DNA from: Vulcanimicrobiota bacterium
Lineage (GTDB): Bacteria; Vulcanimicrobiota; Vulcanimicrobiia; Vulcanimicrobiales; Vulcanimicrobiaceae
Assembly (NCBI GenBank): GCA_963812155.1
Contig: CAWETW010000005.1
Span: forward strand, 21,734 to 85,733
Reading direction: 5' to 3'
Length of the DNA: 64,000 bases
In this document: positions 15,489 to 24,097 of the stretch, in pieces
Layout: each line of letters starts with the position of its first letter
How positions within the stretch are numbered: the stretch's first letter is position 1
Made by a program: the position numbers and the translations under genes
Notes under the pieces: generated by a model
What the model was told of the DNA's origin: nothing
What the model saw: the letters and a program-made list of their open reading frames with translations, nothing else
The model's database searches: none

Positions 15489-15971
15489 ATGACGCGTTTA
15501 GTTGCTACGCTCGTTTTATCGTTGGCGCTGGGAACGGCGGCGCGCGCCGCCGCGGCGCCCGACATGCCCGCTCTGCCGCCGCAGCCGGCGGTTCATCCCG
15601 CCGGAATACCGGCCGATGCGGTATTGGTTTCGCCCTGCATCGCCGGCATGGGCGAACACTGGGTCGCGCTCAAAGATGCGCCGATGGGGCCGATTTATGG
15701 CGTGTGGGAAGGCAAACCGATCTTCACCGAGCTCATGGTGACGGTGAAGCAGCTGCAGGACGGTTTCAGCTACGCGAACATCCGGGCGCTGCCCGGATAC
15801 ACGATCGATCACGTCGATTTCAAATACGAACCGACCGGGCACGAGGGCTTGCCGGTCCCCCATTACGACGTGCACGCGTATTACGTGTCGCCTGCGATGC
15901 AGGCTGCCATTTGTCCCAACGGCATCCCCGATCCGTCGATGAAGCCGATGAACGGCAGCGGAGTGCGCTGA
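15489..15971 (+). CDS. secreted His-containing protein, TTHB210/DUF5602-like
   Basis: Signal peptide, CIAGMGEHW, GPIYG, HVD, GH.G..PHYDVH; SD GGAGG. Confidence 0.6.
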   Translation: MTRLVATLVLSLALGTAARAAAAPDMPALPPQPAVHPAGIPADAVLVSPCIAGMGEHWVALKDAPMGPIYGVWEGKPIFTELMVTVKQLQDGFSYANIRALPGYTIDHVDFKYEPTGHEGLPVPHYDVHAYYVSPAMQAAICPNGIPDPSMKPMNGSGVR

Positions 15972-15992
15972 GGCGCTTTGGGCGCGCCGGCG

Positions 15993-16745
15993 TTACGGCG
16001 TCGTCAGTTTGGGAAATGCCAGCAGCGCAACGATCGAGATCGCGTTGAAGAGCGCGTGCGAGATCATTGGAGCGACCGCGTTGCGCGTCGAGTAGTAGAC
16101 GTAGCAGAGGATCACGCCGCCGAGTGCGAGCGGAAGGGCTTCGTAGAAATCGCCGTGCGCGAGGCCGAACAGCACGCCGCTCACGATCGCGCCGCCGGCG
16201 AAGCCGCCGTAGCGCAGCCCGAAGTTAAAGAAGAACATGCGGAAGATCGTCTCTTCCGCAAAGGGCGCGAATAACACCGCGAACGCCGCAAAGATCGCGA
16301 TCGTTGTGCGATCGTGCAGCGCGCGAAAAATCTCAACGGCTTCCTGCTGATGTTCGACGTGCGCGAACTTATCGATCAGCGATGCGCCGCCGTCGGCGAC
16401 GATAGCCATGAGTACCGCACCGACGATCGCAATGCCGATCGCGCGTCCGCCCGGAACCTGCAAGCCGAGTTCGCGCAAGCTGAATTTCGCGATGCCCGGA
16501 AGGGTGAAGAGCACCCCTGCGACGAGCGCTCCCTCGAGCACGAACTGCAGGCCGATCGCGGCGTCGAGCAGCCGCGGATCGATGTCGTGCGGAAGTGCGC
16601 CCGAGCTGCGAATGCCGCCGGCAAAGGCGAGCAGCAGCAGCAGAACGATGAACGCCGCCAGCAGCCACGCCGAAATCCCGGAGAAACTATCCTTCGGCCA
16701 GCGCGTCGGCCAGGCGGGCGAAGTCGGCGAGGTCGAGTCGTTCAC
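15993..16745 (-). CDS. CPBP (CAAX/Abi) intramembrane metalloprotease
   Basis: APFAEETIFR, FGLAH, HALFN. Confidence 0.9.
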   Translation of the reverse strand: MNDSTSPTSPAWPTRWPKDSFSGISAWLLAAFIVLLLLLAFAGGIRSSGALPHDIDPRLLDAAIGLQFVLEGALVAGVLFTLPGIAKFSLRELGLQVPGGRAIGIAIVGAVLMAIVADGGASLIDKFAHVEHQQEAVEIFRALHDRTTIAIFAAFAVLFAPFAEETIFRMFFFNFGLRYGGFAGGAIVSGVLFGLAHGDFYEALPLALGGVILCYVYYSTRNAVAPMISHALFNAISIVALLAFPKLTTP

Positions 16746-17527
16746 CACGAAGCTCCGGAGAGAGATTGCTGGCCGCCACCGCGCGAGCGGCACGCTCGTG
16801 AGAAATTTCGAGCGCGAGTGAGAGCGTGTTGGCGAGCGTTTTGCGCCGGTACGCGAACGCAGCGCGCACGACCTTCCGAAAGAGCGCGATGTCGCGCGTC
16901 GTCACCGGCGGCGTTTCGCGTCGAGTGAGATGCACGACTGCAGACGTCACCTTCGGCGCGGGATAGAACGCCTTGGGCGGCAGCGCGAACGCAAGGTCGA
17001 CGTACATCGCATACTGCACCGCAACCGAGAGGCTGCCGTACGCCGCGGTCGCGGGCCGCGCTGCCAGGCGTTCGGCGACGTCCTTTTGGATCGTCACGGT
17101 GAGCGACTGCGGCCCGGCATCCATTTCGGCGAGTTTCACGATCAGCGGTGTCGCGACGTTATACGGAAGATTTCCGGCGACGCGCCACGGCCGCCCTTCC
17201 GACCATGCGGCATAGTCGAACTCGAGCGCGTCGGCGTGCAGGATGTCGCGCGTCGCGCACGTCTTCGCTCGAGCGAAGAATGTCAACGAGTTCCGGATCG
17301 ATTTCGAGCGCGGTGAGATCGGCGCCGCATGCGAGCAGCGCGCGCGTCAGGGCGCCGGTTCCGGCGCCGATTTCGAGGACGCGCGGACGCGCCGGGGCGC
17401 CGGCCACGCAGAGTTTCGCGATCCGCAGCGCGGCGCCGGCGTCGAGAAGGAAGTTTTGACCGAAGCGTTTGCGAGGACGCAGCCCCCGGCGTGCGAGCAG
17501 CGCGCGCGGGTGCGGCGACGGCGTCAC
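16687..17527 (-). CDS. rsmA: 16S rRNA dimethyladenosine transferase (frameshift near 17270)
   Basis: KRFGQNFL, LEIGAGTG, GNLPYN, QKDVAERL, FYPAPKV, RRKTL. Confidence 0.95.
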
Positions 17528-18315
17528 TTCAAACGGTACACCGTGATTTCACGCCGGCCGAACAGCATCGCTTCGCGCAGCGAGTTGAATCCGAGATCGA
17601 TGCGCAGACCGTGAATCGCACCGCCGGTGTCGCCGGCAACGGCCGGACCGTATCCGGGAATGAAGAGATGCGTGCCGAGGGGGATGATGCGCGGATCGAC
17701 CGCGACGACGCCGCGCCCGGCGGGCCGTCCGCTGGCGGTTACGCCGCCGCAGCCGGCGCAGTTGGCGGTGTAGGCCGTCGCCACCATATGCATCGCGCTT
17801 GCCGCAAGTTGCGACATGCGCATGACGCCGCGTGCTTCCAGTTGCGCGAACGCCTGGCGTTCGTCGATGCCGATTGCGACGATGCGCGGGTGCGGTTTGC
17901 GCGTCACGTGCGATGCAACGACCCAGCGTTGCACGCTGCCGTCGTCGTTCTGCGTGTAACGCACGATGGTATCGCGTTCGCCGGCGGCGCCGCGTGCGAT
18001 CGTTTTATGCGTTCCGGGCGTCATCGAATAATCGAATCGGCGAATGGTGGGCGCCGGTACTACGTGCTTTTCGTCGCGGATCCAACTCGCGGAGGGCGAC
18101 GCGCTCGGCGTCGTGTCCGGAGCCGGAGTCGGCGACGGTTGCGCAGAGGGCGTCGCTTGTGCCTGCGCGGGGGTTTGCGACGGCGCATCCACGGGATCGC
18201 CGCCGGCAGCGCGCGCGGGAGCCGGGTGCGCTCCCAAGCTGGTGCCCAGCAGCAACGCGGTCAACAAACCGGCTGCAAACAAACGACTGGAACGAAACGG
18301 GCCGCGTCCGATCAC
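17524..18315 (-). CDS. secreted G5 + 3D domain cell-wall remodelling protein (YabE-like)
   Basis: Signal peptide, Pro-rich linker, G5-like segment, 3D motifs ATAY..TASG..VAVDP..IPLGT..AGDTGGAI..RIDL; the G5-3D/ksgA order is a known synteny. Confidence 0.88.
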   Translation of the reverse strand: MIGRGPFRSSRLFAAGLLTALLLGTSLGAHPAPARAAGGDPVDAPSQTPAQAQATPSAQPSPTPAPDTTPSASPSASWIRDEKHVVPAPTIRRFDYSMTPGTHKTIARGAAGERDTIVRYTQNDDGSVQRWVVASHVTRKPHPRIVAIGIDERQAFAQLEARGVMRMSQLAASAMHMVATAYTANCAGCGGVTASGRPAGRGVVAVDPRIIPLGTHLFIPGYGPAVAGDTGGAIHGLRIDLGFNSLREAMLFGRREITVYRLK

Positions 18316-18319
18316 GATT

Positions 18320-18552
18320 CGGAATTCCTTTCACTCTCGGCTCCCGTCAAGGTTCGCTAGCACACCAACAAGCTAAGAACGATGGCGAGTGAGCCGCACT
18401 GCGCGCGGATCCGAAGAAGGCTCTTGGAAACGGCGACATGGAAGGCCGGGAGCCGAGGCTCCTCAGAGCCTCAAGCAGGTCCGACGTTCCTGCGAACCGC
18501 GTCGCGATGACGGCGGATCGCGGGGCTGCCAAGCCGGCAGCCAGGTCTGACC
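18320..18552 (-). ncRNA. candidate structured 5' leader RNA of unknown class
   Basis: Four local hairpins plus an 11-bp long-range helix (18336-18346/18447-18457) between the promoter and the RBS. Confidence 0.45.
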
Positions 18553-18557
18553 CGGGC

Positions 18558-18587
18558 AATATAGCACGGTAAACGAAATCCCGGCAA
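18558..18587 (-). promoter_or_regulatory. sigma70-type promoter of the G5-3D/rsmA/CPBP operon
   Basis: TTGCCG-N18-TATATT with extended -10 TG. Confidence 0.65.
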
Positions 18588-18632
18588 ATGCCGAAAGTAG
18601 CATTGCGGCAGGAGGACCCTCTTCGATTGAAC

Positions 18633-19793
18633 ATGCGCGTCGGCTTCTTTACGGAGGTCTACCGTCCGGTGGTCAACGGCGTCGTAGCGTCGATCGACAC
18701 GCTCGCCGACGGCCTGCGCGGGCGCGGGCATCAAGTCTACTGTTTTGCGCCCCGCGTTCCGGGATACGAGGAGGCCGACGGTCCGGTCTTTCGCATGCCC
18801 TCGCTGCCGTTGCCGGCGCAGGCGTCGTATCGTCTTACGCTGCCGCTGGTCAGCCGGCGCAACCTCAACACGGTCATCAAGCGGCTCTCGGTCGTTCACG
18901 TTCACTCGCCGTTCGTCACGGGCTGGATGGGCTTGCGCTACGCGCGCCGTTACGGCATGCCGCTGGTGTACACGTATCACACGCAACTCGAGGCGTACGC
19001 GCACTACGTACCGTTCGAACCGAATGCGACGCGCTTCGCCGCATCGCAACTGACGCGCACGTTTGCCAATCTCACCGATGCGGTAATCGTGCCGACGCCG
19101 GCGATGGCCACGCATCTGCGCGATCTCGGTGTGACGGTGCGTTTGGAAGTGGTGCCGAGCGGCATCGACCTGCGCGCCTTCGGCGCCGGACGGCGCGACG
19201 AAGCGCTGCGCGACCGGATGGGCGTCGGCCCCGGCGATCGCATGTTGCTGTGCGTCTCGCGCCTCGCGAAGGAGAAGAATATCGAGCTGCTGCTCGAGGC
19301 GGTGGCGCTGGCCGGAGACCCGCGATTGCGCGTGGTCGTGGCCGGCGACGGCCCCGCCCGCTCCGAGCTGGAGGAGCGCGCGCGCGAGTGCGGCGTCGCC
19401 GAGCGGACGCGTTTCCTCGGGTTCGTCCCAAAGGAGTGCCTGCCCGATCTCTATGCCAGCTGCGACGCCTTTTGCATGCCGAGCACGACCGAAACGCAGG
19501 GCCTCGTGCAGGCCGAGGCCCTCGCCGCCGGGGCCTACGTGCTGGCCGCCGACGCTCCCCAGAACCGCGACGTGCTCGGCGGCGCGGGCCGCGTGCTCCC
19601 AGCGACCCCTCGCGCCTTTGCCTTCGCGCTGCGGACGCTGCCGGCGACGGCCGACCCCGCGGTCGCCGAGGTGGCGCGCGAGGCGGCCGAACGCTTCTCG
19701 GTGGACGTGCAACTGGACCGCACGGTCGCGCTCTATCGCGATCTGCAGGGCCCGGCGAACGGAGGCTTGACAGCGAACATACGTTCGCAATAA
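18633..19793 (+). CDS. glycosyltransferase family 4 (diacylglycerol glycosyltransferase-like)
   Basis: FTEVYRPVVNGV, HVHSPF, TYHT, SRLAKEKN, ETQGLV.EA. Confidence 0.9.
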   Translation: MRVGFFTEVYRPVVNGVVASIDTLADGLRGRGHQVYCFAPRVPGYEEADGPVFRMPSLPLPAQASYRLTLPLVSRRNLNTVIKRLSVVHVHSPFVTGWMGLRYARRYGMPLVYTYHTQLEAYAHYVPFEPNATRFAASQLTRTFANLTDAVIVPTPAMATHLRDLGVTVRLEVVPSGIDLRAFGAGRRDEALRDRMGVGPGDRMLLCVSRLAKEKNIELLLEAVALAGDPRLRVVVAGDGPARSELEERARECGVAERTRFLGFVPKECLPDLYASCDAFCMPSTTETQGLVQAEALAAGAYVLAADAPQNRDVLGGAGRVLPATPRAFAFALRTLPATADPAVAEVAREAAERFSVDVQLDRTVALYRDLQGPANGGLTANIRSQ

Positions 19794-19796
19794 AAT
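19767..19796 (+). promoter_or_regulatory. sigma70 promoter with a LexA (SOS/Cheo) box in the spacer
   Basis: TTGACA (19767-72), TAAAAT (19791-96); CGAAC-ATAC-GTTCG at 19774-19787. Confidence 0.85.
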
Positions 19797-19808
19797 TCGG
19801 GTAAGACC

Positions 19809-20228
19809 ATGAGCATGAGACGAAACGGGCGGACGGTAGAGGCCATCATCGGCTGTGCGGCCGATACGCGCGGCGCCGGGGTGGCCTACGCGCAACTCGC
19901 CGGCGCGGCAGAGCGCCACCTTTTACGCATCCCCTTCCGGCTCGACGCCCTCGAACAGCCCGATCGCGCCGCCGGCTACGCTGCCTTGACCGCGGTCGCG
20001 CGCGTCTTACGCGGGCGCGGCGTCGCGCGCGTGCGCTTTCTGGTCGACGACGAGACGCTGCTCGGCGACCTGAGCGGCCGGACCAACGTTCCCGACGCGC
20101 TCGTCATGCCGTACGTGCGGTTGCGGTGCGCGCTCAATCAATTCGACGACGCAAGTTTTGGGCAGGCGACGTCCGGCGATCTTGCGCAGCGCGCGCGCGC
20201 TGAAGTGGCATTGCGCATCGCTGCGTGA
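19809..20228 (+). CDS. hypothetical protein with degenerate RNase H-like fold
   Basis: AGYAAL..G..RVRFLVDDE.L..L.G pattern resembles RNase HI/RVT_3; first two catalytic acids missing. Confidence 0.6.
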   Translation: MSMRRNGRTVEAIIGCAADTRGAGVAYAQLAGAAERHLLRIPFRLDALEQPDRAAGYAALTAVARVLRGRGVARVRFLVDDETLLGDLSGRTNVPDALVMPYVRLRCALNQFDDASFGQATSGDLAQRARAEVALRIAA

Positions 20229-20827
20229 AAGCGTATCGCCGGCTTCGAGCGGGCGAACTTCCCGAGCAGACGGAACCGCTTGCACGAGCGCTTCTTGGGT
20301 GCGTGCTGATGCGGCGGAGCAGCGAAGGAATCACGGCGGGCAGAATCGTCGAGACCGAAGCGTATCTTCCGAACGACCCGGCCTGCCACGCCTTTTCCGG
20401 AAAGAGCGCGCGTAACGCGACGCTGTTCGGGCCGCCGCATCGTGCCTACGTCTATCAAATTTACGGCACGTCGTTCTGCTTCAATCTTTCCAGCGAAACC
20501 GACGGTCTCGGTGCCGGCGTGCTCGTTCGCGCGCTCGAGCCGGTTGAGGGTCTCGATCTCATGCGCGTCCGTCGCTGCGTCGAGCCGGCGCGCGAACTCT
20601 GCCGTGGGCCGGGGCGGCTCTGCCGGGCGCTCGCGATCGATCGCGCCTTCGACGGCATTGACCCGTTGCGCGATTCCGACCTCTGGATAGCAGCGCCGGC
20701 ACGGCCTGCCGCCCGAATCCGCGCCAGCCGCCGCATCGGAGTCCGCCTGGCCGCGCATCGCCGGTTGCGCTTCTACGAGGCCGGCAGTCCGTTCCTAAGC
20801 GGCCCCGCACGCTTGAGCCCTCCTTGA
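20225..20827 (+). CDS. mpg: DNA-3-methyladenine glycosylase (AAG/MPG family)
   Basis: GRIVETEAY..D.ACH, AYVYQIYG, VLVRALEP, GPGRLC.AL, RIG. Confidence 0.93.
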   Translation: MKAYRRLRAGELPEQTEPLARALLGCVLMRRSSEGITAGRIVETEAYLPNDPACHAFSGKSARNATLFGPPHRAYVYQIYGTSFCFNLSSETDGLGAGVLVRALEPVEGLDLMRVRRCVEPARELCRGPGRLCRALAIDRAFDGIDPLRDSDLWIAAPARPAARIRASRRIGVRLAAHRRLRFYEAGSPFLSGPARLSPP

Positions 20828-20852
20828 ACGCTCCGTAGGGCTATGCTATAGT
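20824..20852 (+). promoter_or_regulatory. sigma70 promoter of rho
   Basis: TTGAAC-N17-TATAGT with extended TG. Confidence 0.75.
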
Positions 20853-21017
20853 GTGGGCGTCGCGCCGCTCGATACAGCCGCGACGCTTGACATTCCCCTC
20901 GTGCGTGCCACCGAATCCGATTGCGAGGCAGCCTCGCCCGACAGTCGGCGCCTCGGCGCGTGCGGTACTCGAGAGAGCGAGACTCCTCTGCAAACCGAAC
21001 ATCGTCCGATCAACGAC

Positions 21018-22424
21018 ATGCGCCCGCCACAAGGCGGAGGCCGCCGTCGCCGCTCGCGCCACCGGCGCTTCGGTCAAAATCCGGGACAGTTTCACGAACC
21101 GTTTCCTCAGCCCGATCTAACGCCGCCGCCGTTGACGGCCGTACAACTCGCCGAAAAAACGAAGACCGAACTCACGGCCATTGCCGCCGAATTGGAAATC
21201 GAAGTTCCAAGTCCGGCGAAACTCAAGAAAGACGACATCGTCGCCATGATCGTAACGGCGCAAGCCGCGCGTTCCGGTCTGGAGATGGCCAGCGGCGTCC
21301 TCGACGTGTTGCCGGAAGGATACGGTTTCCTGCGCCGCGAGGGCTACGTCATCGGCAACGACGATATCTACGTCAGCCAGTCGCAGATCCGCCGCTTCGA
21401 ACTTCGTCGCGGCGACATGGTCGAAGGCCAAGTGCGCCGCCCGAAAGAGAGCGAAAAGTACTACGGTCTGATTCGTGTCGACAAGGTCAACGGTCTCGAT
21501 CCAGAGGCGATCAAGGGAAGGTCCGTCTTTGAAAAAGGAACGCCGATCTTTCCCGAGGAGCGATTCAAACTCGAGAATCGCACGACGCAGCTCTCGACGA
21601 GAATCATCGATCTCTTTTCTCCAATCGGTAAGGGCCAGCGCGCGCTGATCGTCTCGCCGCCGAAAGCCGGCAAGACGACGCTGCTCAAGAATATCGCGCA
21701 GGGCATCGCGATCAACCATCCGGAGGCCCACATCATCGCGCTGTTGGTGGACGAACGGCCCGAAGAAGTCACCGACATGCAGCGGACGATCGACGGCGAA
21801 GTCGTCGCCTCGACGTTCGACGAGCATCCCGAAAATCACACGGCGGTTGCCGAGCTGACGATGGAGCGCGCCAAACGCCTCGTCGAGCTCGGGAGAGACG
21901 TCGTGATCCTGCTCGACTCGATCACGCGTCTCGCGCGTGCCTATAACCAGGTCGTCGCAAGCTCCGGACGCACGCTTTCGGGCGGCCTCGATACGGCGTC
22001 GCTGCACAAGCCGAAGCGGTTCTTCGGCGCGGCCCGCAAGATCGAACACGGTGGATCGCTGACGATCGTGGGCACGGCGTTGGTCGAAACCGGATCGAAG
22101 ATGGACGACGTGATCTTTGAAGAGTTTAAAGGTACGGGCAACATGGAGCTCAACCTCACCCGCAAACTCGCCGAATCGCGCGTTTTCCCCGCGATCGACA
22201 TCAAGCGCTCGGGCACGCGACGCGAAGAGCTCTTGCTCTCGCCCGACGAGATGCGCAAGATTTGGATGCTTCGCCGCGCGACCGCGGTGCTCAATACCGG
22301 CGACATCACCGAGATTATCCTCGATAAGATGGCGCAAACGCGCACCAACGACGAGTTCCTGCAATCGGTGACGAAGGAAGCGATGTCGATGTCGCGCGGC
22401 TACGAAGACAACGGCAAACACTAA
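21018..22424 (+). CDS. rho: transcription termination factor Rho (start uncertain; CTG 20988 possible)
   Basis: GYGFLR, DIYVSQSQIRRF, PIGKGQR, PPKAGKT, DERPEEVTD, EEFKGTGNME. Confidence 0.97.
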   Translation: MRPPQGGGRRRRSRHRRFGQNPGQFHEPFPQPDLTPPPLTAVQLAEKTKTELTAIAAELEIEVPSPAKLKKDDIVAMIVTAQAARSGLEMASGVLDVLPEGYGFLRREGYVIGNDDIYVSQSQIRRFELRRGDMVEGQVRRPKESEKYYGLIRVDKVNGLDPEAIKGRSVFEKGTPIFPEERFKLENRTTQLSTRIIDLFSPIGKGQRALIVSPPKAGKTTLLKNIAQGIAINHPEAHIIALLVDERPEEVTDMQRTIDGEVVASTFDEHPENHTAVAELTMERAKRLVELGRDVVILLDSITRLARAYNQVVASSGRTLSGGLDTASLHKPKRFFGAARKIEHGGSLTIVGTALVETGSKMDDVIFEEFKGTGNMELNLTRKLAESRVFPAIDIKRSGTRREELLLSPDEMRKIWMLRRATAVLNTGDITEIILDKMAQTRTNDEFLQSVTKEAMSMSRGYEDNGKH

Positions 22425-23166
22425 ACAAACTCGACTCAATAAGTACCTGTCGCAGGCGGGCATCGCTTCGCGGCGCGCGGCCGACGCATTCATTGCGGAC
22501 GGCCGCGTTCGCGTAAACGGCCGCGTGACGCGCGAGCTCGGCACGACCGTCGATCCCAGCGATCGCGTCGAACTCGACGGAGCGCCGGTGCGTGCGGAGG
22601 CGCGCCGCTACGTCGTGCTGCACAAACCGGCCGGTGTCGTGACGACGATGCGCGATCCGCAAGGCCGGCGCACGGTTGCGCAGTTGATGCCCGCCGGCGC
22701 ACGCGTCGTGCCGGTCGGCCGCCTCGACTTCGAGACGTCGGGCGTGTTGCTGCTCACCAACGACGGCGATCTCGCGAACCGCTTGCTTCACCCGAAGTTC
22801 GGCGTCGAGAAAACCTACCGCGCCGTCGTTGCAGGCAGGCTCTCGCCGGCAGCCGTGCGCCGGCTGGGCGAAGGCATCGATGCCGGCGATCTTCACGCCG
22901 CACCCGCGAAGGTGCGCGTCGTTGCAGCCGGGCGCGAGCGAAGCGTCGTGGACATCACCATCCACGAAGGCCGCAACCGGCAGGTGCGCCGGATGTTCGA
23001 GGCGCTCGGCCATCCGGTGCAGCAGCTGACGAGATTGCGATTCGGACCGATTTCGCTGGGCGCCCTCGCTGCCGGGCGTACGCGCCCTTTGTCGTCGCGC
23101 GAGCGGGCGGTGCTCGAAGCCCATCGCATCGCGGCATCCGAACCGCAGCGCGCTGACGGAGGCTGA
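22411..23166 (+). CDS. rluB: S4-domain pseudouridine synthase, RluB/RsuA family (no canonical start before the S4 domain)
   Basis: RLNKYLSQAGIASRR, HKPAG, VGRLD, EGRNRQVRRM. Confidence 0.88.
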   Translation, partial: TANTKQTRLNKYLSQAGIASRRAADAFIADGRVRVNGRVTRELGTTVDPSDRVELDGAPVRAEARRYVVLHKPAGVVTTMRDPQGRRTVAQLMPAGARVVPVGRLDFETSGVLLLTNDGDLANRLLHPKFGVEKTYRAVVAGRLSPAAVRRLGEGIDAGDLHAAPAKVRVVAAGRERSVVDITIHEGRNRQVRRMFEALGHPVQQLTRLRFGPISLGALAAGRTRPLSSRERAVLEAHRIAASEPQRADGG

Positions 23167-23190
23167 GCGCCGTTGCGCGAATCGGCCGGG

Positions 23191-24039
23191 ATGCCTCCGA
23201 AAGACCGTCACTTGTCACGCCGCGGCGCCCGCCCCGGCAAGACCGTCGTTACGCTTGGTAACGGCGCGGCGTTCGGCGGCGAGGCGGTGGTGTTGTGCGC
23301 CGGCCCATGCTCGGTCGAATCGGAGGGGCAAATCGAAACGACCGCGGCCGCCGTCGCGGCGTCCGGCGCTGCGGTGCTGCGCGGCGGTGCGTTTAAACCG
23401 CGCACGTCGCCATATGCCTTTCAAGGATTGGGTCGCAAAGGGTTGGAGTGGCTGCGCAACGCCGCCGACCGCCATCGCCTGGCCGTCGTCACCGAAGTGC
23501 TCGATCCGCGTCACGTCGAGATGGTCGCCGAGTATGCCGACATGCTGCAAATCGGCGCGCGCAACATGCAGAACTTCGCGCTGCTGCGCGAGGCCGGGTT
23601 GGCGGGTAAGCCGGTGCTGCTCAAGCGCGGATTCGCGGCGACGGTCGACGAGTGGCTGATGGCCGCCGAGTACGTGCTCGTCGAAGGAAACCCGCACGTC
23701 GTGTTATGCGAACGCGGCGTGCGCTCGTTCGACTCGGCGACGCGCAATCTGCTCGATCTCGCAGTTGTCCCGCTGCTTGCCGAACTGACGCATCTTCCCG
23801 TCATCGTCGATCCTTCGCACGGCACCGGACTGGCGCGGCTGGTCGAGCCGATGAGTTTGGCGGCGATTGCGGCGGGCGCCGACGGGCTGCTGGTGGAAGT
23901 GCATCCCGAGCCTGCCGGAGCCGCATCCGACGGGGCGCAATCGCTTACGCTGGAACAGTTTGCCGTCCTTGCATCGAGATTGAGCGACGTTGCCGCCGCC
24001 GCCGGCCGTCGCGCCGGAACCGCCGGGCTGGCGGTGTGA
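23191..24039 (+). CDS. aroF: 3-deoxy-7-phosphoheptulonate (DAHP) synthase, type I-beta
   Basis: [44 protein letters not shown]. Confidence 0.93.
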   Translation: MPPKDRHLSRRGARPGKTVVTLGNGAAFGGEAVVLCAGPCSVESEGQIETTAAAVAASGAAVLRGGAFKPRTSPYAFQGLGRKGLEWLRNAADRHRLAVVTEVLDPRHVEMVAEYADMLQIGARNMQNFALLREAGLAGKPVLLKRGFAATVDEWLMAAEYVLVEGNPHVVLCERGVRSFDSATRNLLDLAVVPLLAELTHLPVIVDPSHGTGLARLVEPMSLAAIAAGADGLLVEVHPEPAGAASDGAQSLTLEQFAVLASRLSDVAAAAGRRAGTAGLAV

Positions 24040-24097
24040 AGTCTTGCGCACGAGTCCCCTGTATCGCTCTCTTCGTTTAATTCGAGGTACGGAATCG

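Noticed and set aside
18320..18552. Assignment of the leader as a ydaO/c-di-AMP riboswitch
   Set aside because: The context fits, but the conserved GCUGAA and CCCGUCAGCUAAC segments are not found; kept as unknown class.
21117..22544. Long antisense and alternative-frame ORFs (this one, 18471-19919, 24356-25609 and many others)
   Set aside because: Shadow ORFs typical of high-GC coding DNA opposite well-supported genes; no motifs.
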